NCBI GenBank assembly: GCA_045576895.1
Contig: JAZNHI010000155.1
Span: 1-46,025 of the forward strand
Reading direction: 5' to 3'
DNA length: 46,025 nucleotides
Origin: Clostridia bacterium
GTDB lineage: Bacteria > Bacillota > Clostridia > Christensenellales > CAG-138
The position numbers and the translations under genes were made by a program. Below, in pieces: positions 18,067-25,299 of the stretch. The first letter of the stretch is position 1, and each line of letters begins with the position of its first letter. A model generated the notes under the pieces. That model did no database searches. It was not told the DNA's origin and saw only the letters and a program-made list of their open reading frames with translations.

Positions 18067-19007
18067 ACACTTCTCCGATCCGCGCCGATCAGCGCGATGC
18101 CGACCGCGTTGTCCCTCGACAGCTCCGGTCTGCCGAAATAAAGCTGACCCGAAAACCGTTTCCTAAGAAGCGTTCGCAGAAGCTGCGACGATGCAACCCC
18201 GCCGCAGACAAGGAACGGCAGTTCTCCGAATGTCTGCACGGCGTTTGTAAACATCTTTGACAGCATTCTGGCAAGGCAGTCATAAACACCGTATGCAAGC
18301 TCGGCGTCGGGCACGGTATGCAGAAGCCGCTGCGCTGCGGATTCCGCGCCGGAGAAGGAGCAGTTCATTCCCTTTACGGCGCTCGGAAGCCTGACGTCTT
18401 TTTGTTCCGCCTGCAGAGCAAGCGCTTCCAGATGCTTTCCCGCGGGAAATGGCAGCGAAAGCGCAACGCCGACCCGGTCCACGAACTGTCCTGCGTGCAG
18501 ATCGGTCGAGCATCCGACCGGTTCGATCCGATACGGTGCGTCCCGATGCGGTTCGACAAGCAACAGATCGGTCGTTCCGCCGCTGATATGCACCGCAAAG
18601 AAGCGTTCGCGATCCATAAGCGTTTCGTTTCCGAACAGTGCCGCGCGGATATGACCGCTCTGATGATCCGTGCGAATCAGCGGCACATTGAGCGCGGCGG
18701 CAAGCGTCTCCGCCTGTTTGAGCCCCGCCAGAAAGACGGGCATATAGCTGTTTTCCGCGGACGTGGGAGAAGCGCTGACGGAAACACAGTCGATCGCGTT
18801 CCTGTCGACTGCGGAAAACAGTTCGCAAAGCAGAGGAGAAAGCTGTTTTATATGCTGAAACAGTCCTTCGGACTGTCTGAGCCCGCGATCTCCAAAAGCT
18901 ACGGAAAGCATCGTCCCCTTTGAAAAGACGATGCTCTTTCCATCCGTACATGCGACCGAGGTGGTGTAACAGCTCGTGTCGATTCCGAGACACAGCGGAC
19001 CGTGCAT
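18054..19007 (-). CDS. TsaD/Kae1-family (glycoprotease/peptidase M22 fold) paralog
   Basis: 317 aa. CLGIDTSCYTTSVA (compare TsaD GIETSCDET), DHQSGHIRAA (compare the HxxGH metal site) and a C-terminal CGGVASSQLLR. Confidence 0.55.
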   Translation of the reverse strand: MHGPLCLGIDTSCYTTSVACTDGKSIVFSKGTMLSVAFGDRGLRQSEGLFQHIKQLSPLLCELFSAVDRNAIDCVSVSASPTSAENSYMPVFLAGLKQAETLAAALNVPLIRTDHQSGHIRAALFGNETLMDRERFFAVHISGGTTDLLLVEPHRDAPYRIEPVGCSTDLHAGQFVDRVGVALSLPFPAGKHLEALALQAEQKDVRLPSAVKGMNCSFSGAESAAQRLLHTVPDAELAYGVYDCLARMLSKMFTNAVQTFGELPFLVCGGVASSQLLRTLLRKRFSGQLYFGRPELSRDNAVGIALIGADRRSVWNR

Positions 19008-19009
19008 GT

Positions 19010-19408
19010 TCAGTGCACCTTTGCGATTGCGCCCAGAACGCCGTTGATGAATCCCGCCGATTTTTCGCCGCCGAATTCTTTTCCGAGTTCGACCGCCTCG
19101 TTGACCGTTGCGCCGACCGGAATACCCGGTTCATAGAGAAGCTCATATACCGCGATCCGGAGGATCGAAAGGTCGACCTTTGCAATCCGTCCGATCGACC
19201 AATCCCGCGCATGCGCCGAGATCTCTTCGTCGATCGCTTCCATATGCGCATGCACGCCTTCATAGAGGCGATCGGAGAACAGCGCGTCCTCCTCGGAGAA
19301 CGATTCGCGCTCGGACTGTTCCAGCGCATCTTCCATGGAATCCATGCCGCCGACCGTTTCCGCGTAGAGGCGCTTCATCGCGATCTCTCTCGATACTGTA
19401 TGACTCAT
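19010..19408 (-). CDS. nusB: transcription antitermination factor NusB
   Basis: 132 aa. SIGRIAKVDLSILRIAVYELLYEPGIPVGATVNEAVELGKEFGGEKSAGFINGVLG. Confidence 0.9.
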   Translation of the reverse strand: MSHTVSREIAMKRLYAETVGGMDSMEDALEQSERESFSEEDALFSDRLYEGVHAHMEAIDEEISAHARDWSIGRIAKVDLSILRIAVYELLYEPGIPVGATVNEAVELGKEFGGEKSAGFINGVLGAIAKVH

Positions 19409-19617
19409 GCGTGTTTCCCTCTGAACAGTCTGCGGAAAAAGTCCTTGATCGCTTCAAGCCCGCCGCGGTCCGCCATGCGTCCAAAGAAGATCGCGACAGC
19501 GACCAGCACGCCGGCAAGCAGCGTCCACCAGCCGATCAGATAGATCATCAGAACAACGATCAGCGCAAGGACGCTGAGGATGACAGCCCATTTATGATTC
19601 TGGAAAAACTCTTTCAT
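19405..19617 (-). CDS. small membrane protein (DUF2273-like) of the asp23 operon
   Basis: I trimmed the track ORF to the ATG at 19615-19617 after a GGAGG RBS (MKEFFQNHKWAVILSVLALIVVLMIYLIGWW...). It has two TM helices. Its stop overlaps the nusB start. Confidence 0.6.
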   Translation of the reverse strand: MKEFFQNHKWAVILSVLALIVVLMIYLIGWWTLLAGVLVAVAIFFGRMADRGGLEAIKDFFRRLFRGKHA

Positions 19618-19640
19618 ATTTTGTTCCAACCTCCGTTCGT

Positions 19641-20186
19641 TTACGCTTTGCCCGACCGGATATCCGCCTGATCGACCGTTACGTCGACGGTTCCGACCGT
19701 TGTTCCGCAATACTCCGACAGTGCAGACGCGATCGAATCCTGCAATGCATGCGTCAGCTCCAGAAGCGATACCGTCGGCGACGAAACGACGCGCACCTCA
19801 ATCCTGACGCTGTTTCCGATCGCATGGACTTTCGTTTTGCAGGACGAAATATCGGACCTTCTTTTGACTGTGCGCTCCGCGATCTGCGAAAGCGTTGTAA
19901 ACGATACTCTCGTTTCACCGAGCGCATTCTTTTCAAGCAGCGCGCTCGTTTTGCGATTGAAATGCTCTCCGATCATTCCGTACAGAATCAGGACGGCAAT
20001 CGCTATCAAAGCGAATGCCGACAAAACAAGGAACAACACCTGCGGCATCCGGCGCAGCGAACCGACCAGCGTCTGTATGCGTTCGGTCGATACCGGCCAG
20101 CCGATCGCTGTCAGCAGCAGGCATACGCCGAAAACCAGTGTCAGAAAAGCAAGAATCCCGGATAGGATCCTGACTGCAAGCTTCAT
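19641..20186 (-). CDS. amaP: alkaline-shock-response membrane anchor protein AmaP-like
   Basis: 181 aa with two N-terminal TM helices followed by an Asp23-like soluble part. It lies directly downstream of the Asp23 gene. Confidence 0.6.
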   Translation of the reverse strand: MKLAVRILSGILAFLTLVFGVCLLLTAIGWPVSTERIQTLVGSLRRMPQVLFLVLSAFALIAIAVLILYGMIGEHFNRKTSALLEKNALGETRVSFTTLSQIAERTVKRRSDISSCKTKVHAIGNSVRIEVRVVSSPTVSLLELTHALQDSIASALSEYCGTTVGTVDVTVDQADIRSGKA

Positions 20187-20251
20187 GAAACGTACCCCTT
20201 ACCCATGCTTGTCCGTAAACCGTTGCCGAAGCATATGCTTCGGCAGTGCGA

Positions 20252-20665
20252 TTACTTCACGCGATTCTCGGGTTTCGGCGGTTCTGCGGGCATTTCCTTT
20301 GCAAAGACGATCGAATTGACGGCAATGTTGACCTGAACGACCTTCAGTCCGGTCATCGTCTCGATGGCGTTCTTCACGGCGTTCTGGACATTGCGGCAGA
20401 CTTCCTGGATCCGGAAGCCGTAGCGTACGATGATGTTCATGTCGACCGCACATTCCACGGAACCGACTTCAACCTTGATGCCCTTTGTGTAGTTCTTCTT
20501 GCCGAGCTTTTCGCCGATGCCTTCAAAGGCAGAGCCGCTCATGCCGTAAACGCCTTCGACCTCGGAAGCCGCCAGCGTTGCGATCGTTGCGACTACATCC
20601 TCCGCAAAAACAATTTTACCGCCGTTGTCTTCGGATTCGATGGTAATATCCTTATATTCGCTCAT
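20252..20665 (-). CDS. Asp23/Gls24-family envelope stress protein
   Basis: 137 aa. GKIVFAEDVVATIATLAASEVEGVYGMSG...RIQEVCRNVQNAVKNAIETMTGLKV. Confidence 0.85.
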   Translation of the reverse strand: MSEYKDITIESEDNGGKIVFAEDVVATIATLAASEVEGVYGMSGSAFEGIGEKLGKKNYTKGIKVEVGSVECAVDMNIIVRYGFRIQEVCRNVQNAVKNAIETMTGLKVVQVNIAVNSIVFAKEMPAEPPKPENRVK

Positions 20666-20706
20666 ATAAAACCTCCCAAGTCTTTCGGATTTCTATATAC
20701 GCAGAC

Positions 20707-20735
20707 AGTATACCATCAATCTCCCAAAAAGTAAA
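20707..20735 (-). promoter_or_regulatory. sigma-A promoter for the asp23-amaP-nusB unit
   Basis: On the minus strand: TTTACT (20730-20735), 17-nt spacer, TGgTATACT (-10 hexamer at 20707-20712). Confidence 0.4.
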
Positions 20736-20756
20736 CCCATGAAAGCAATTTCGACG

Positions 20757-21296
20757 TTAAAGCGTTGTACTGATCTTGACGTTTTCCGCGCTCTTTCCCG
20801 TCTCCCTGAGTACGATGTCGAGGATCTGCGCGACCTGCTCGTCATTCAGTTTTTCCGCGCCGACGACCACGTTGACGTTTCCCTTATGAATCGAAACGAT
20901 CACATCCGGAAATCCCTTTGCGCGGACAAGGTTTTCAACCGTCAGCTCCGTCTCCATTGCGTTGACCAAATCGAGCTTCTGTTTCTGTGCGTCGGACAGC
21001 GTTTCGGTATCCGCTCCCTGCGAAACGATCGCGTCCAGATATGCAAGTTCCTGTGTGCGTACGGTGTCTCGTTCCTCCCTGTATGCGGCGAAGAAGTTTG
21101 CGTCTGCCGCATGGGATTGCGCGGAGACCTGCGTCACCGCAGAGGACTTCTGCGCTTCGGTTTCCTTTGCTTCCGGTTTTCCGCGATTGACGAGGATGTT
21201 CGTTACCACCGCAGCCGCCAGCAGCAGGCAGAGACCGACCGCCGTCAACACCCGTTTGTTCAGCCGCTTTGCGCAGCGTCGAATCAGTTCTTTCAT
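20757..21296 (-). CDS. spoIIIAH: stage III sporulation protein AH
   Basis: 179 aa. N-terminal TM helix, a FFAAYREERDTVRTQE... coiled segment and a C-terminal YscJ/RBM-like part (VIVSIHKGNVNVVV). It is the last gene of the spoIIIA operon. Confidence 0.8.
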   Translation of the reverse strand: MKELIRRCAKRLNKRVLTAVGLCLLLAAAVVTNILVNRGKPEAKETEAQKSSAVTQVSAQSHAADANFFAAYREERDTVRTQELAYLDAIVSQGADTETLSDAQKQKLDLVNAMETELTVENLVRAKGFPDVIVSIHKGNVNVVVGAEKLNDEQVAQILDIVLRETGKSAENVKISTTL

Positions 21297-21319
21297 CGCT
21301 TTCCTCCTGCATGATGTTG

Positions 21320-21916
21320 TTATGATCCTTCATAGGACATTTCAAATACTTCGATCCGCTCAATCGGAATCCCCGTCACCGCCTGCACTGCCGCCTGCAG
21401 CTTCTGCCGGACCGAGAAATCGGATGCGCCTTCCGCAACGACGATCACGCCGCGTACGATCGGTTCCTTCTCATACAGCACGATCGGTACATGTCCGTTC
21501 CCCGTCTCCACGGTCGCCGGTTCGGTCACTTCACGAACCGATCGCGACGTCTCGCTTCCGTTGCTGCCGTTCGAGTTTCTGCTATCCTCATCGGTCTGCC
21601 GCACCGTCGCCGTGACGATCTCCCCGCCTGTTTCATAGGTGACCAGCACATCCACCTTTCCGGCGCCTCGAATTCTGGAAAGCACCTCTGTAAGGCGCTG
21701 TTCCAGAGCGTCCTTTCCGGAGGTCCGTTCGACTGTCGTTTCCGTCCGGGCTTCGGTTTCCGTTTTCCGTGCTTTGCACTGCGGTTCGCCTCCGATCAGG
21801 CAAAGGAGAACGGCGATCAGTCCGACAAGCGCGTAAAGCGCATATACAAGTCCGGGGTTCTTCTTGACCAGCGCTTTCCAACGCGCCGAAACCGATTCGC
21901 CGTCCTTCTTCTGCAT
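21320..21916 (-). CDS. spoIIIAG: stage III sporulation protein AG
   Basis: I trimmed the start to the ATG at 21914-21916 after a GAAGGAG RBS. There is a TM helix, then LEQRLTEVLSRIRGAGKVDVLVTYETGGE...PIVRGVIVVAEGA. Confidence 0.82.
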   Translation of the reverse strand: MQKKDGESVSARWKALVKKNPGLVYALYALVGLIAVLLCLIGGEPQCKARKTETEARTETTVERTSGKDALEQRLTEVLSRIRGAGKVDVLVTYETGGEIVTATVRQTDEDSRNSNGSNGSETSRSVREVTEPATVETGNGHVPIVLYEKEPIVRGVIVVAEGASDFSVRQKLQAAVQAVTGIPIERIEVFEMSYEGS

Positions 21917-21929
21917 TATAATCTCCTTC

Positions 21930-22097
21930 TCAACGGAATATGTCTGCGATCTGCGCGGCAAGCAATTCCAGAAATACAAGCCCGATTGCGGCTTTTGCCG
22001 TCCTTCGGATCCCGGAGCGCGGCAGCAGCAGTTCGATTGCGGTCAAGGTCAGCCCGCCCGCCGCAAGCGTCAGCGCCGCATGCATCAGCTTGCTCAT
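21930..22097 (-). CDS. spoIIIAF: stage III sporulation protein AF, unusually short (55 aa, TM region only)
   Basis: MSKLMHAALTLAAGGLTLTAIELLLPRSGIRRTAKAAIGLVFLELLAAQIADIFR resembles the SpoIIIAF N-terminus (..LLPSSSMQKYAKMVVSLLLIV..). The ATG at 22095-22097 overlaps the spoIIIAE stop (ATGA). It sits inside a longer, out-of-context track ORF (21930..22529). Confidence 0.55.
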   Translation of the reverse strand: MSKLMHAALTLAAGGLTLTAIELLLPRSGIRRTAKAAIGLVFLELLAAQIADIFR

Positions 22098-23206
22098 ATG
22101 AATCTCCCGATTCCGAAGACCGGCGCGATCATCATGAGCGCCGCCGCAATCACGGCAAGCTCGGACAGCATCAAAAGATGCAGCATGTCTCCCATCGCAC
22201 GCAGCAGTTCCGCATACGGTTTCCCGGACAGCGGTTCCGAAAGGAGTGCCGACACGCGCAGCGCGCTTCTTGTCATCGTTACCGACAACACCGGCTTCAA
22301 TGCTATCGATACGATTACAGCGCATCCCGTGACGCCCAGTGCGTTCTTGACAAAGCAGAGGCACTGAAACGCCGTATCTACGGATTCCGACAGCAGCGAT
22401 CCGACCGACGGAATGCTGCCCGCGGCAAACTTCGTCGTCTTCAGCAGCAGCCCGTCCGCGCTTCCCGCCGTGACGGAACGGATCGCCGTCACGATCAGAA
22501 AGAGCGAACATGCCGTTCCGAGCACCCATTTTGCGGCGCGGTGCATGATTCTTCCGATCGATGCGAGTCTTCCCTCGCCCGCGTCCAGCGCAAACAACAC
22601 TCCCCCGAGAACGGCAAGCGGCGCGATGCAGATTCCGATCAGCCGCAGTATGATTTCAGAGAGCATGGATTGCGTTGCCGAAAGCAGAAGCGCCGTATGC
22701 TCCATTCCGCTCATTGTCAGAAAACCGGTCAGAGCGGGAAGAATCAGTTCGCCGGTCCGACCGACCGTATCGATCGCGGAAAGCGCGCTGCGGACCTCCG
22801 CAAAGGACAGTGCAAGGACCGTTCCGGCTGCGCAGATACGGAAGGCGATCCGCGCCGTTTCCCCGATCTGCGACGCATCCGACAATCCCTGAACGATCGC
22901 GCCGATCACGGACAGTCCCATCAGGATCGCAACCTTTGCGGCAGCGGACCGAACGGACGGCATCAGCTGCACGCCGATCCCTGTGAGCGTCGGACCTGCC
23001 GTTTCGGTCGCTTCTGCCGCGGCAACCTCCCGCAGATAGTCGGAAGGCAGCGATATCCACTCCCCGTCCTGTGCGAGAAACCATGCATCCCAGTCGGAGA
23101 GATCGACTGTCTCCAGCAGCGCGTCGATTCCTTCTGTCACTTCATCGGTCTCCATAAGCAGTATCGGCAGCAGCAGCACGATTCCGAGGATCAGCGCTTT
23201 CTTCAC
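22094..23206 (-). CDS. spoIIIAE: stage III sporulation protein AE
   Basis: 370-aa polytopic membrane protein in the operon position between AD and AF. Confidence 0.85.
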   Translation of the reverse strand: MKKALILGIVLLLPILLMETDEVTEGIDALLETVDLSDWDAWFLAQDGEWISLPSDYLREVAAAEATETAGPTLTGIGVQLMPSVRSAAAKVAILMGLSVIGAIVQGLSDASQIGETARIAFRICAAGTVLALSFAEVRSALSAIDTVGRTGELILPALTGFLTMSGMEHTALLLSATQSMLSEIILRLIGICIAPLAVLGGVLFALDAGEGRLASIGRIMHRAAKWVLGTACSLFLIVTAIRSVTAGSADGLLLKTTKFAAGSIPSVGSLLSESVDTAFQCLCFVKNALGVTGCAVIVSIALKPVLSVTMTRSALRVSALLSEPLSGKPYAELLRAMGDMLHLLMLSELAVIAAALMMIAPVFGIGRFI

Positions 23207-23595
23207 GGCACAGCCTCCCCGATAAGCGCCGTGCCTGTCTCCAGCAGCGTTACGACCGAGGGCAGCGCGCAGGACAGGATCAGGATTCGCCCGCCCAGCG
23301 CAAGTCCTCCGGCAATCGCCTTCTGTCCCGCATCTTCGGAAACATTCACGCCGAATTCCGTCAGATACGCGATTCCGAGGATTTTCAGCACAGAGCCGAT
23401 CATGGCGGGAGATACGCTGTATTCCGTACAGATGCGCCGCAGCGTTTCCGCGATTCCGGTCAGACGCAGCAGCGCGCCGAGCAGAAGCAGCACCGCAGCG
23501 GCAATCCCGATCAGAACGGCATACTCCTGCCGGACCGTACGCATCAGGATCGTTGTGACGGAACCGATCAGCGCGATCAGAACAAGCTTCTCCAT
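23203..23595 (-). CDS. spoIIIAD: stage III sporulation protein AD
   Basis: 130 aa with four TM helices. ILGIAYLTEFGVNVSEDAGQKAIAGGL is typical of SpoIIIAD. Confidence 0.85.
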   Translation of the reverse strand: MEKLVLIALIGSVTTILMRTVRQEYAVLIGIAAAVLLLLGALLRLTGIAETLRRICTEYSVSPAMIGSVLKILGIAYLTEFGVNVSEDAGQKAIAGGLALGGRILILSCALPSVVTLLETGTALIGEAVP

Positions 23596-23596
23596 G

Positions 23597-23794
23597 TCAG
23601 TACAGAGAGAATGTGCGCTGCACGGTTTCCAGCAGCGACGCGATCATCGAAACGATCAGCATCGTTGCCAGAATCAGACCGGCGATCGCCGCGACCGTCG
23701 CAAGCTCTTCGCGGCCGTTCTGCCGAAGCAGCTGCACGATTACCGTGACCAGGATTCCGATCCCCGCGATCTTGAATAACAGATTGATCTCCAT
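23597..23794 (-). CDS. spoIIIAC: stage III sporulation protein AC
   Basis: 65 aa. LLFKIAGIGILVTVIVQLLRQNGREE... is typical of SpoIIIAC. Confidence 0.85.
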   Translation of the reverse strand: MEINLLFKIAGIGILVTVIVQLLRQNGREELATVAAIAGLILATMLIVSMIASLLETVQRTFSLY

Positions 23795-23801
23795 GTTTCT
23801 C

Positions 23802-24284
23802 CTACAGCAAAAGAATTGCGATCGCTGCGCCGATCAGCGCACCGGACACGCGAATGACCTGTGCCTGCTTTGCCTCGGCTTCGGCTTCCTCCTCCGCGCG
23901 TTTCAGCATCGGCAAAAGCGAATCCGTTCGTGCGGTAAATTCCGAACGCCCCGCGGCAGACAATCCCGAAAAGAACATACGCACCCCCTCAGCTTCCGCG
24001 CTTTCCTTCCGGAACACTGCCGCCGCGCGTTCCGCAGACACTTCTTCCGTTTTCCCTTCGGACAGCGCTTCCAGATACCGGCTGAGCGATCCGGCGAGAA
24101 GCTCCTTTCGTTCCGACGCGATTTCCATCAGCGATCCGCGCCTGGACGCGATCCGTTCCGAGAGCAGCTGCAGATCGCCGCGAAGCGCTCGTATCGTCCG
24201 AAGGCGTTCCGTCTTTCCTGCTGCGATGCGAAACCCGATCAGGCAGCACAATCCGAACAGGAGCGAAAGCCCGACCGTCTTCAT
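23802..24284 (-). CDS. spoIIIAB: stage III sporulation protein AB
   Basis: I trimmed the start to the ATG at 24282-24284, which overlaps the spoIIIAA stop (ATGA). The sequence begins MKTVGLSLLFGLCCLIGFRIAAGKTERLRTIRALRGDLQLL... Confidence 0.8.
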   Translation of the reverse strand: MKTVGLSLLFGLCCLIGFRIAAGKTERLRTIRALRGDLQLLSERIASRRGSLMEIASERKELLAGSLSRYLEALSEGKTEEVSAERAAAVFRKESAEAEGVRMFFSGLSAAGRSEFTARTDSLLPMLKRAEEEAEAEAKQAQVIRVSGALIGAAIAILLL

Positions 24285-25204
24285 TCCGTGACCGCGTTTA
24301 CGCGGTTCCCCTCCGCATCGAGCACCTCTTTGCACCGTCCGAGCCCGTGCAGGACCGCGATCCTCTGAAACACATGCTCTTGCAGAAGCATCCGCATCGA
24401 CGGACGCATCGACAGTTCCTCAACGGATCCTCCGTGCGCCGTTGCAAGGACGGCTACGCCCTTTCCCCTTGCCTCAAGCAGCGCTTCCGCGTCCCTCGCA
24501 TCATTCAGCTCATCCATGGCAAGGATCTGCGGCGAAAGGGTCGAAACGATCCTGACCGCCGCATCCGCTTTCGATATGCCGGAGATCACATCGGTTCGGA
24601 TTCCGAGGTCAAAGACGACCGCGCCGTTTGCGTCGCCGCTCAGTTCAAAGCGTTCATCCGCAGCCCCCACGCGGGACGCCCGAACGCCGTACAGTCCGTT
24701 TGCGTTGATCCGGATCAGATCCCGCAGCAGCGTCGTTTTTCCGCATCCCGGAGGCGATACAAGCAAGGTGGAAAGAAACTCTCCGTTGTTTGTCACAAAC
24801 GGCAGAAGCGGCGCCGCGCAGTCTTTCACTTCCCGCACGATCCGGATGCAGACGCCGGAGATCGACGAAAAGCCGAGCACGTTCCCTTCTGCTCTGACCA
24901 TGCGGCCGGACAAACCGACTCTGCATCCGCCGACGGTGATGAATCCGTCCCTGCGCTCGTTTTCCCATGCGTATGCCGAAAAATCCATGAGCCTTGCCGT
25001 CAGTCTCTTCAGCTCTTCCTCCGAGATCATCGGCGTGCCGTTGTTGCCGTAAACGATGCGGTCGGCGCCGTCGAACACGAGTTCAAGCGGCGCATTCGCG
25101 CGCAGGCGGATCTCCAGCAGCGGCGTATCCTCACCGATTCGTTCCAGCACCTCCGAGATCCGCTTCGGAAGCAGCTCCGTCCATTGTTCTTTCCACCGTT
25201 CCAC
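24281..25204 (-). CDS. spoIIIAA: stage III sporulation protein AA (secretion-type ATPase)
   Basis: Walker A in VSPPGCGKTTLLRDLIR and Walker B in ILAMDEL. I trimmed the start to the GTG at 25202-25204, 6 nt after GGGAGGG. Confidence 0.85.
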   Translation of the reverse strand: MERWKEQWTELLPKRISEVLERIGEDTPLLEIRLRANAPLELVFDGADRIVYGNNGTPMISEEELKRLTARLMDFSAYAWENERRDGFITVGGCRVGLSGRMVRAEGNVLGFSSISGVCIRIVREVKDCAAPLLPFVTNNGEFLSTLLVSPPGCGKTTLLRDLIRINANGLYGVRASRVGAADERFELSGDANGAVVFDLGIRTDVISGISKADAAVRIVSTLSPQILAMDELNDARDAEALLEARGKGVAVLATAHGGSVEELSMRPSMRMLLQEHVFQRIAVLHGLGRCKEVLDAEGNRVNAVTE

Positions 25205-25223
25205 GCTCGTCCCTCCCGATTTA

Positions 25224-25252
25224 ACCCTATGCATGGATGGATGCGGATATGA
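25224..25252 (-). promoter_or_regulatory. sigma-E-type promoter candidate for spoIIIA
   Basis: On the minus strand: TCATATC (25246-25252), 14-nt spacer, CATAGGGT (25224-25231), compared with the B. subtilis sigma-E consensus ZHATAXX-14-CATACAHT. The -10 match is partial. Confidence 0.35.
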
Positions 25253-25285
25253 AAACGCCGTCCGACGAGATCCGTCGAACGGCGT
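25251..25285 (-). terminator. terminator after the U32 peptidase gene
   Basis: 13-bp stem (ACGCCGTTCGACG/CGTCGGACGGCGT, one mismatch) followed by TTTTC on the minus strand. Confidence 0.5.
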
Positions 25286-25299
25286 AGATCGATTCGTAA

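Noticed and set aside
21491-23779. A 762-aa plus-strand ORF, the longest in the track, lying antisense to spoIIIAC-AG.
   Set aside because: The translation is Arg/Ser/Pro/His-rich and of low complexity. It has no RBS, and it mirrors well-supported minus-strand spoIIIA genes. This is the typical stop-free antisense frame seen in GC-rich coding DNA.
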